In this document: positions 16,143 through 23,448 of the stretch, in pieces
Layout of the letters: each line of letters starts with the position of its first letter
Numbering within the stretch: position 1 is the stretch's first letter
DNA from: Formosa sp. Hel1_33_131
Lineage (GTDB): Bacteria; Bacteroidota; Bacteroidia; Flavobacteriales; Flavobacteriaceae
Length of the DNA: 32,000 nt
Direction of reading: 5' to 3'
Assembly: GCF_001735745.1 (NCBI RefSeq)
Contig: NZ_CP017260.1
Span: 930,001-962,000 of the forward strand
Notes under the pieces: generated by a model
What the model saw: the letters and a program-made list of their open reading frames with translations, nothing else
Database searches by the model: none
Told to the model about the DNA's origin: nothing
Made by a program: the position numbers and the translations under genes

Positions 16143-19100
16143 TATTTTGGGTTTCCTATATAACTATTCATTTCAATTTTTACAAAAGAATAAAGTGGGT
16201 GCGCTATTTTCTGTAATTCAGTATTTGTGTGATTTGCTATTCTGTTAGGGACTATTTTATTAGAAATAGCGGCATTTGGCAACCCATTCACATAACAATT
16301 ACTCATGTCTTCATTTACAATCGTGAGTTGTTTATGAGTTGTGAAATTATATTCAAAATAGTGTTTGCGCTGTTGTCTTATTCCGTGTTCTAAAAACAGA
16401 TGGTCCACCCAAACCATTTTTTTGTTTTGGTCATAATAAGTAATCAGTAATTGTGGAACTGTAATTTCGTGTAAGCCACTATTAAAAAGCGTTCCTTTAA
16501 TCGTTTCAGGATGGACTTTAACATCACTTAAAACACTGTATTTATATAAATCAGAATTGGACACATTCCCTGCGGCTTGTAAATTAAATTTAGTGGGGTG
16601 TTCTTCAAATTCTACAGGCGTGAATTCTTCAGGGTTGAATGTTTTAGGGATAGAATCTTTTGTTTTGGACCATGCAATTCCTTCAAAATTAATTCTAAAA
16701 GAGCTGACTTCTTTAGGCATTAATTTATGTTTTACATGAAACTTGGCATTATAGGTTGCTAACTCTTTGTTTTGGTCATTGTAAAGGGTCCCTTTTAGAA
16801 CAACATCTGCTGGTACATTGTCTATGTTTTGCACCTCCCCAATAATGGCATAATGGGAATTAAACTTTACTAGTTTTGCTGAAATAATCTCTAATACGGG
16901 TTGCTTCAAAACATCTTCGTGATGTGTTTGTTCTGTGGTAATTCTTCTTCTTCCTTGATTAAAATAACCTGTTACATTATGAGAATACAATTGATCTGGT
17001 GGTAAATCAGAATCGACCTTGTCTAGTTTTAAAAACCATTTACGGTTTCTCTTTACAATAGTTTTAAAATCGGTTTTACTAATTTTCTCCAAAGGAGTAA
17101 TCCAATTTGTATGCACTTTTAAAGTCACTAAACTATCCGTTTCTGTAATGGTTTCTGTGCGAATGGCATCTAACTTTGCATACGAGCTCAACAAGCCATC
17201 CGTCACAGAAACTTCGAGCATAAATTGAGAAATAGAGATCTTACTTTCCGGGTCTATGAATTGATAGCTTTTTTCAAATTCATTGAAATCCAACGCATCA
17301 TAATACGCCGTTACGAGGTTTTCTGGCGAAATTTGAGATTCATTTTTGACATAAAACATATACAACCAAAACCCTAAAGTGACTCCTAGAATTACAACCC
17401 AAATATGAAGCGATTTTAAAACGCCGCTTGAGAATTGGGTGTGCGTATATTTATTATTTAAATAGGCGGGGATTATCTCTGGTTTATTTTTTAACCTCCT
17501 AAAAAAAAGACTTTGAATATTTATTATAATCGCAAAAATAACGGTTAGAAAAGGAATAATGCCCCACACTATTTTTTGCCAAGTAGCGACATCCTCTTTT
17601 GGTAAGATTGAAGAAAGAGGAGCAACGTTTAATTTTTCCCAAACCATAATTCCGTTTTCTAAATGTGATAAACGTTGCCATCCGCAGAAGTATAAAATAG
17701 GATCGTAAAATTTATCATTAGAAAATATATACTTTAAATTGTATTTTTCTGGAGTCGTTAAAAACTGTTGTAAAGAACCAATCCCTGCAACCCCTTTAAA
17801 TTTTGAGTTTTCTAAACGTTCAATAGGCCGTGTCGTTAGTTCAGGCAAACGTCTTGCAGAATGGTAATTCCCATCAACAGTCATCGCATTTGTTTTGGCG
17901 GCCAACCACGCCATTTGATCTCCAAAACCTAATGTTAAATACCGCCATTGATCATGCTGGTCTTGGTTTAGAAAATTAACAATGGGTAACATTTTAATCT
18001 TTTGGGGTTGAGCGGGTCGAAAACGCTGTAAGTTTGTAGTAAAAATGGTTATTGATAAAAATAAACCTACCAATATCCCCCCAATTAAACGATGATAAAG
18101 TATTCCGAATTTTTGTTGAATTAGTTGTTTTAAATCGCCTTCTACAAAACGGTATGCTAGCTCCCCAAACAGTGGCAAAGACATAATAGAAGCCCAAAGT
18201 GAAAACCGATCTAAAGTGAGTATACTAAATGCATTTTCGCCTAAAATAATCTTTGGAATTGGGGTGGTTCCTCCAGTTCCTAAAATTAATAACAATGTAA
18301 AAGAAAGTCCGAAAAACAAATAACGTTTGCTGAAATATCTGTAAAAAAAATACGGCATGAGAAATAATAAGACCCCCCAAGGAATCAAAAAGAATACAAA
18401 TCCAGAAGATGTGATTTCTAAAAAATTATCTCGGGAACCATGAGGTATAGGAACTTGTGTGATTGGATTGTTTTTAGAATTTATCCAATACGGCAAGATG
18501 CAGCCAATAATTACAACTAATGAAAGCATCCCAAAAGTTAGGTTTCTTTTAAACTGTGTTCTGAAGTTTTTTATAAATAATTTAAACGTGATTTCTTTGT
18601 TTGAGTTTACTTCTTCTCTAGAAATATCTAAGATCACCATCCCTATTATTGGAAAAATAAAGAAGATCATTCCAAAAATTGGAGTCACATGATGGGAGGT
18701 CACCGTGACCGCAATTAATGAAAGGGAGGTCAATAAATACCTATATTTTCCAGTTTTAAGCCATGAATAAGTTTCAGGCAATGCATGCATTAAAACAGCG
18801 ATTCCTATAATGCTTGGCAGTTGCCCAAAAACATGAAGGGTTTCTACAAATGATGATGAAAAAACAGCTAAAAGAGCGGCATAGCTAGCAACAGTTTTGT
18901 TGGAACTCATCAACAAAGAAAAACGATATACACCCGTTATAAATAAAATGACACTAAGTATAGAAACCGTGAAAAGTCCAAATTTTAATCCCCCAATCAA
19001 AGAGAATGCGGCCATAGATTGGTGAACTAAAGGTGGATAACTCATCACCGAAAAACCTGTGTACCATTTAAAATTCCAAGGCTCAAACCAATTATTGGCA

Positions 19101-19231
19101 TAATGTTCTGCAAAAAACAAATGTATGAGCGCATCATAAGTCGTCTCTAAAGTAAGAAACATAGCACCCCCATGAAAAGCAATCCCTAAAAGTATCGCTA
19201 AAATTAAATATTTATGAGAAGTCTTTTTCAT
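16142..19231 (-). CDS. Large polytopic membrane protein with GT-C-like architecture and a large extracytoplasmic C-terminal region; function unknown
   Basis: 1029 aa. About 12-13 TM segments lie in the first ~400 aa, with an Asp-containing first loop (LETTYDALIHLFFAEHYANNWFEPW). A soluble segment follows (QWRYLTLGFGDQMAWLAAKTNAMTVDGNYH..), then two more TM segments (VWGIIPFLTVIFAIIINI; LHIWVVILGVTLGFWLYMFYV). The ~400-aa C-terminus has an NTF2-like stretch (ENLVTAYYDALDFNEFEKSY..) and two similar beta-rich modules (VLKGTLYNDQNKELATYN.. / TIKGTLFNSGLHEITVPQLLITYYDQNKK..). The CDS is solid. The GT-C assignment is architectural only. Confidence 0.65.
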   Translation of the reverse strand: MKKTSHKYLILAILLGIAFHGGAMFLTLETTYDALIHLFFAEHYANNWFEPWNFKWYTGFSVMSYPPLVHQSMAAFSLIGGLKFGLFTVSILSVILFITGVYRFSLLMSSNKTVASYAALLAVFSSSFVETLHVFGQLPSIIGIAVLMHALPETYSWLKTGKYRYLLTSLSLIAVTVTSHHVTPIFGMIFFIFPIIGMVILDISREEVNSNKEITFKLFIKNFRTQFKRNLTFGMLSLVVIIGCILPYWINSKNNPITQVPIPHGSRDNFLEITSSGFVFFLIPWGVLLFLMPYFFYRYFSKRYLFFGLSFTLLLILGTGGTTPIPKIILGENAFSILTLDRFSLWASIMSLPLFGELAYRFVEGDLKQLIQQKFGILYHRLIGGILVGLFLSITIFTTNLQRFRPAQPQKIKMLPIVNFLNQDQHDQWRYLTLGFGDQMAWLAAKTNAMTVDGNYHSARRLPELTTRPIERLENSKFKGVAGIGSLQQFLTTPEKYNLKYIFSNDKFYDPILYFCGWQRLSHLENGIMVWEKLNVAPLSSILPKEDVATWQKIVWGIIPFLTVIFAIIINIQSLFFRRLKNKPEIIPAYLNNKYTHTQFSSGVLKSLHIWVVILGVTLGFWLYMFYVKNESQISPENLVTAYYDALDFNEFEKSYQFIDPESKISISQFMLEVSVTDGLLSSYAKLDAIRTETITETDSLVTLKVHTNWITPLEKISKTDFKTIVKRNRKWFLKLDKVDSDLPPDQLYSHNVTGYFNQGRRRITTEQTHHEDVLKQPVLEIISAKLVKFNSHYAIIGEVQNIDNVPADVVLKGTLYNDQNKELATYNAKFHVKHKLMPKEVSSFRINFEGIAWSKTKDSIPKTFNPEEFTPVEFEEHPTKFNLQAAGNVSNSDLYKYSVLSDVKVHPETIKGTLFNSGLHEITVPQLLITYYDQNKKMVWVDHLFLEHGIRQQRKHYFEYNFTTHKQLTIVNEDMSNCYVNGLPNAAISNKIVPNRIANHTNTELQKIAHPLYSFVKIEMNSYIGNPK

Positions 19232-19412
19232 ATTTATGGAGGGCTCATTTTCATTATTGTAAATGTAAATCTTAAAAATGTCTCCTGAAATTTTTTCAAC
19301 TTAGGCAAACTTCCATTCGCCTAAACAAAAGCTACTTTAGAACTTTACGACCCCTATTTATTAGGAAACAAAACTACTTTTGAAGTCATTTAAGTAATGA
19401 TAATTATGAAAG

Positions 19413-19431
19413 ATCCATAACTAAATCTTGA
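19413..19431 (+). promoter_or_regulatory. Conserved 19-nt element, copy 2 (atcCATAACTAAATCTTga), in the leader region of the REC-GT2 gene
   Basis: 17/19 identity with 12209..12227. It lies 64 nt upstream of ATG 19495 and downstream of a TAnnTTTG-type -7 box candidate (TACTTTTG, 19375-19382). Confidence 0.3.
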
Positions 19432-19494
19432 TTCCTAATGGAATGATCAAATGGATGTAACATGTAATCATTAAAAATCAATAAAAAATAACAC

Positions 19495-20703
19495 ATGAAA
19501 GTACTAGCGATTGATGACCAAAAATTAGTTCTGATTCCTTTAGAAAATAGACTGAAGGAGTTAGGCTATGAAGTACGTACTGCAACAAACGCTTTAGATG
19601 CGATAGATCTATATGACTCTTTTCATCCAGATTTAATCATTGTGGATATTAACATTCCATTTATGTCAGGTATGGAAGTGGTGAAATATATTCGTAAGAC
19701 AAAAAATTCATCTACACCAATTATGATTTTATCAGGCAATACAGAGGATGCTATCATCCTAGAAGGTTTTGATCTCGGCATCAATGACTATATGAAAAAG
19801 CCCCTAAGCTTAATTGAAGTTTGTGCAAGAGTGAAAAAATTAATTGGAGCTCCTAAAACTAATAATAAAACGATCCTAAATAAAGGGATCATCATTCAAC
19901 AACGCTGTGTTGGGGTGGTCATCCCTTGTTATAATGAAGAAAAAAGATTGATACATAAAGAATTTACAGATTTCATTGATAAAAATTCAGGATATTATTT
20001 GTGTTTTGTAAATGATGGCAGTACCGATAACACACTAGAAATTTTAAACGGTTTAAGAAACGAAAGGGAAGACTTTATTACGGTCTTTAATTGCAAAAAA
20101 AACGTTGGTAAAGCCGAAGCTGTAAGACAAGGAATGCTGTTGATGTCTAAAAAAGAAGATTTAGATTATATCGGCTTTTTAGATGCCGATTTATCTACAG
20201 ACCTAACCGATTTTGACGATTTAGTGTCAACTATAGAAAATTCTGAATACATGATCGTAAGTGGCTCTAGAATAAGCAGAATGGGAGCAAACATTACCAA
20301 AAGATCTGTTAGGTCTGTAATAAGCTTGGCCATAAACTTTATGATCAGAAAAATTCTTTCTATGGATTTTCAAGACACCCAGTGTGGCGCAAAAATCTTT
20401 CATAAAGAAGTCATTGGAATTTCATTCGATAAAAAATTTGTAACTAAATGGATTTTTGACGTTGAAATATTTAGAAGAATCACTTTACATTTTGGCTTAA
20501 AAAAAACAAAAAAAATACTTTGTGAGCAACCCCTAAAACGATGGATTCATGTGGATAACTCAAGGTTGTCAATGAAAGATTCTATCAAAATTGTGGGGCA
20601 ATTGGGACAAATTGCTTGGTCTTATAGACGCAAAAACAAAACACTGTCAAAACTAAGAGATCTTCATAAGAATAAGCCCGTTTCTATCTCAGAAATACAA
20701 TAA
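19495..20703 (+). CDS. Response-regulator receiver domain fused to a family-2 glycosyltransferase (polyprenyl-phosphate sugar transferase-like, DPM1/ALG5/GtrB type)
   Basis: 402 aa. The REC domain has all catalytic residues: AIDDQ, LIIVDINIPFMSG, IMILSG, DYMKKPL. The GT2 domain has VGVVIPCYNEE, CFVNDGSTDNT, NVGKAEAV, the DxD motif as FLDADLS, and QDTQCGAKIF (compare the DTQCGFK motif of dolichyl/undecaprenyl-phosphate glucosyltransferases). Confidence 0.85.
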   Translation: MKVLAIDDQKLVLIPLENRLKELGYEVRTATNALDAIDLYDSFHPDLIIVDINIPFMSGMEVVKYIRKTKNSSTPIMILSGNTEDAIILEGFDLGINDYMKKPLSLIEVCARVKKLIGAPKTNNKTILNKGIIIQQRCVGVVIPCYNEEKRLIHKEFTDFIDKNSGYYLCFVNDGSTDNTLEILNGLRNEREDFITVFNCKKNVGKAEAVRQGMLLMSKKEDLDYIGFLDADLSTDLTDFDDLVSTIENSEYMIVSGSRISRMGANITKRSVRSVISLAINFMIRKILSMDFQDTQCGAKIFHKEVIGISFDKKFVTKWIFDVEIFRRITLHFGLKKTKKILCEQPLKRWIHVDNSRLSMKDSIKIVGQLGQIAWSYRRKNKTLSKLRDLHKNKPVSISEIQ

Positions 20704-20705
20704 AA

Positions 20706-21137
20706 ATGAGCATGAAAAAAGGAATCATAATCGTATTTTCTAACAATGAAAAAGAGATTAAAGAAACCCAATTTGATAAGCTTTTAGATAAAGATGTTGC
20801 GGAATTTTGTTTTGTGAATAACGCAAGTAATGATCATACTTTAGACAAACTAAAAGACATTAAAACTAAAACCTTTAACAATATATCTATTGTAGATGTA
20901 AAAAAAAATAAAGGCACAAAAGCAGCTATTAAAGCAGGCGTCAGGTATCTGGTTAATAATAAAGAGTTGAAGTTAATTATCTATTTAGTGTTTTATAAAA
21001 ATACTGACTTTTTAAATTTAGAATATACGCTCAATATTATGATGAATAGAAATAAAAAAATAATCAACCTAAACACAAACAATCGAAATATTTTACAAAA
21101 TGTGTTTTCACTAGAACAGCTCATTAAAAAAATATAA
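20706..21137 (+). CDS. Truncated, degenerate GT2-like protein (N-terminal half-domain paralog of the preceding GT2)
   Basis: 143 aa. By-eye alignment to REC-GT2 residues ~140-215: GIIIVFSNNEKEI / GVVIPCYNEEKRL; CFVNNASNDHTLDKL / CFVNDGSTDNTLEIL; KKNKGTKAAIKAGVRYL / KKNVGKAEAVRQGMLLM. The nucleotide-binding Asp is changed (VNDGSTD to VNNASND), and the DxD and acceptor half are absent. Starts 2 nt after the REC-GT2 stop. Confidence 0.55.
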   Translation: MSMKKGIIIVFSNNEKEIKETQFDKLLDKDVAEFCFVNNASNDHTLDKLKDIKTKTFNNISIVDVKKNKGTKAAIKAGVRYLVNNKELKLIIYLVFYKNTDFLNLEYTLNIMMNRNKKIINLNTNNRNILQNVFSLEQLIKKI

Positions 21138-21144
21138 AGATAAT

Positions 21145-21176
21145 TTTGTCCGAAATAAAAATAAATACTATTTTTG
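21145..21176 (+). promoter_or_regulatory. Bacteroidota-type promoter candidate for the Rrf2 operon (-33 TTTG, 20-nt spacer, -7 TATTTTTG)
   Basis: TTTG at 21145-21148 and TATTTTTG at 21169-21176 match the TTTG / TAnnTTTG consensus with the expected ~19-21 nt spacing. They lie 20 nt upstream of ATG 21196. TAnnTTTG alone is frequent in AT-rich DNA. Confidence 0.45.
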
Positions 21177-21195
21177 TACTCATTAATAATATAAA

Positions 21196-21630
21196 ATGTT
21201 TTCAAAAAGTTGTAAATACGGAATTAAAGCCACACTCTACATCGCTCAAAGGTCGCAGTATGAAGAGAGAGTCAGCTTAAAAGAAATTGCTGCTGCGATT
21301 AACTCTCCTATTGCGTTTACAGCAAAAATACTACAAGTCCTTGCCAAAGCAAACATCATCAATTCAACTAAGGGCCCAAATGGTGGTTTTGAAATAGATA
21401 AAGCGCGTTTAGCTAAAATCAGTATTCATCAGATTGTAAAAGCTATCGATGGGAATCGTTTATTTGACGGCTGCGTATTAGGCCTTAACGTTTGTAATGC
21501 GGATGAACCCTGTCCTATGCACAATGAATTTGTAATCATAAGAAAACAACTTAGCGAAACACTCGCCTCCTCTAACTTACTCAATGTAGCATTGGATCTC
21601 AATCTTGGACTAACGGTATTAAAACGATAA
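21196..21630 (+). CDS. Rrf2-family transcriptional regulator with Fe-S ligand set (NsrR/IscR-like)
   Basis: 144 aa. The Rrf2 N-terminal wHTH is MFSKSCKYGIKATLYIAQRS..VSLKEIAAAINSPIAFTAKILQVLAKANII. The C-terminal cluster-ligand pattern is GCVLGLNVCNADEPCPMH (C-x6-C-x5-C-x2-H). Confidence 0.85.
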   Translation: MFSKSCKYGIKATLYIAQRSQYEERVSLKEIAAAINSPIAFTAKILQVLAKANIINSTKGPNGGFEIDKARLAKISIHQIVKAIDGNRLFDGCVLGLNVCNADEPCPMHNEFVIIRKQLSETLASSNLLNVALDLNLGLTVLKR

Positions 21631-21675
21631 AAAAAAATAATCTTAATAAAGATAAAAAGGTCTTTATATCTGTAT

Positions 21676-23445
21676 ATGAAAATCCATCAACTATCCCTCA
21701 TAAAACCCTTAGAAGTAATATCTGAAAACTGGCTAACAAGTCCAGGAGTTATTGGCACCATTGTACTGGTGTTTATCATCCTATTTTTAGGCGTTTATAT
21801 TTTCTTGAAACGATTAAATCGGTATGTAGATTTTCTAGAAAAAAACACAACAGACCTAACAGAAAAAGAATTTGAAAGAAAACTCATCAACCTTGAAGAG
21901 CAGGAAGTTGATGACATCTTAGAACTTCGACAACAAGGATTTAAAACCAAAATAAAGCCAAGCGATACTTCTGAAATTTCATCGAAACACAGCGGGTTTA
22001 TCAAAAAAATTATAAACCCCAAAAATCCATTATTTGATGAGAAGTCAACCTCTACCACAAAAATAAAAATCTCCGAAAAACTTAAAGAAATTATTATTTG
22101 GTACTTGAGTGCCGCAGTCTTTTGGTTGATCTTTGGAACACTCGTGGGTCAGTATATTGGGATGAAATTTATTTGGCCCGAAATGGATTCTATAAGCTGG
22201 CTCTCCTTTGGTAGGTTACGCCCCGTACATACCAATACTGTGTTTTGGGGATGGGCTTCTATGGCAATGATAGCTCTAGGACATTATGTAGTCTCAAGAA
22301 CTTCAAACCGAGAAATTTTTAGTTACAAACGATCAAAAATTGCTTTTTGGTTTATGAACGCAAGTGTGCTTATTGGAAACCTCTTTTTAATGGGTGGCAT
22401 CAATAATGGTGGAGGAGAGTATCGGGAATACATCTGGCCTGTTATGGCTTTATTTGCCGTGGGGCTTATTTTAACTTTTCTTAACTTCTATAAGACAGTC
22501 GCCACTCGCAAAATTTCAGAAATCTATATTTCTAACTGGTTTATTTTGGCTTCACTCATTTGGACGATTGTACTCACCTTTATTGGCTACTTTCCAGACT
22601 ATCAAGAAGGGTTGGGAGAGACGGTCATTCAAGGCTATTATATGCACCAAGGTGTAGGGATGTGGTTTATGACGTTTACATTAGGACTTGTGTATTATTT
22701 TTTACCATCAACTCTTAACAAACCTATTTATTCTTACTCTTTAGGAGTCTTAGCGTTCTGGACACAGATGATATTTTACACCTTAATAGGAACGCATCAT
22801 TTTGTGTTTAGTCCTTTACCGTGGTGGCTACAAACCGTAGCCATTGTTTTTAGTGCTGGAATGTTTATTCCCGTACTAGCAGGAAGTACTAATTTTTTTA
22901 TGACAATGCGTGGTAGTTGGAACCATATATCAAAAAGTTATGTGCTTCCGTTTTTTCTGGTAGGTGTTGTATTCTATTTTGTAGGATCTGTTCAAGGAAG
23001 TTTTCAGGCCTTTCGATTCACAAACTATTTATGGCATTTTACCGATTTTAATGTCGCACACTCTCACATGACCATGTACGGAATCATCACCTTTTTGATG
23101 TGGGCTTGTATATACGCTTTACTCCCAAAAATAACAGGAAAAGAGCCTCCTCAAAACTTAGTAGGAAGTCATTTTTGGCTGGCGTTTATTGGTCTAATTG
23201 CCTACATGATTTCTCTAATGACTGGAGGAACTCTTAAGGGCCTCAGTTGGATTGAAGGTAATCCATTTATCGAATCTGTAATTCTAATGGAAAACTTTTG
23301 GATTTGGCGTGCGATAGGAGGCTCCCTTATGTTTGTGTCTCATCTAATTTTTGGTTATAACTTCTATTTGATGGTTCGCAAGAAAAAAGAAATTACTATT
23401 TCGCGAAAGGAAACATTTCAACAACAAATTAAAATTAATTCATAA
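21676..23445 (+). CDS. ccoN: C-family (cbb3-type) heme-copper oxidase subunit I, CcoN-like, with a ~130-aa N-terminal extension
   Basis: 589 aa. CcoN hallmarks: FGRLRPVHTNTVFWGW (low-spin heme His), YMHQGVGMWFMTFTLGLVYYFLP (CuB His), FWTQMIFYTLIGTHHF (HH CuB ligands, with Tyr 6 residues upstream as in cbb3 cross-linked Tyr) and WHFTDFNVAHSHMTMYG (heme b3/b His pair). The extra N-terminus has one TM (VIGTIVLVFIILFLGVYIF) plus a charged linker. Confidence 0.85.
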   Translation: MKIHQLSLIKPLEVISENWLTSPGVIGTIVLVFIILFLGVYIFLKRLNRYVDFLEKNTTDLTEKEFERKLINLEEQEVDDILELRQQGFKTKIKPSDTSEISSKHSGFIKKIINPKNPLFDEKSTSTTKIKISEKLKEIIIWYLSAAVFWLIFGTLVGQYIGMKFIWPEMDSISWLSFGRLRPVHTNTVFWGWASMAMIALGHYVVSRTSNREIFSYKRSKIAFWFMNASVLIGNLFLMGGINNGGGEYREYIWPVMALFAVGLILTFLNFYKTVATRKISEIYISNWFILASLIWTIVLTFIGYFPDYQEGLGETVIQGYYMHQGVGMWFMTFTLGLVYYFLPSTLNKPIYSYSLGVLAFWTQMIFYTLIGTHHFVFSPLPWWLQTVAIVFSAGMFIPVLAGSTNFFMTMRGSWNHISKSYVLPFFLVGVVFYFVGSVQGSFQAFRFTNYLWHFTDFNVAHSHMTMYGIITFLMWACIYALLPKITGKEPPQNLVGSHFWLAFIGLIAYMISLMTGGTLKGLSWIEGNPFIESVILMENFWIWRAIGGSLMFVSHLIFGYNFYLMVRKKKEITISRKETFQQQIKINS

Positions 23446-23448
23446 CAA

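Noticed and set aside
13401-19231. Small ORFs overlapping the GH5 / Ig-repeat / giant membrane genes (13401..13691, 13501..13701, 14441..14635, 16557..16739, 17019..17228, 17499..17681, 17994..18197, 18459..18692)
   Set aside because: All are nested in or antisense to long, coherent ORFs, and none has a signal peptide or domain pattern of its own.
20505-20535. A8-C-A8 run in the REC-GT2 gene (and other A/T runs of 8-9 nt, e.g. 5031, 12232, 17501) as phase-variation tracts
   Set aside because: A/T homopolymers of this length are frequent throughout this AT-rich window, both in and out of genes. They carry little signal, unlike the unique C10 tract.
21676-23445. Annotating the heme-copper subunit as nitric-oxide reductase NorB (cNOR/qNOR) because of its NO-related neighbours
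   Set aside because: The active-site sequence is cbb3-like: FGRLRPVHT, H-Q-G-V-G without the NOR Glu at His+4, and the helix-VII Tyr six residues before HH is retained. The partner is FixO/CcoO-like, not NorC-like. NO reduction remains only a side-activity hypothesis.
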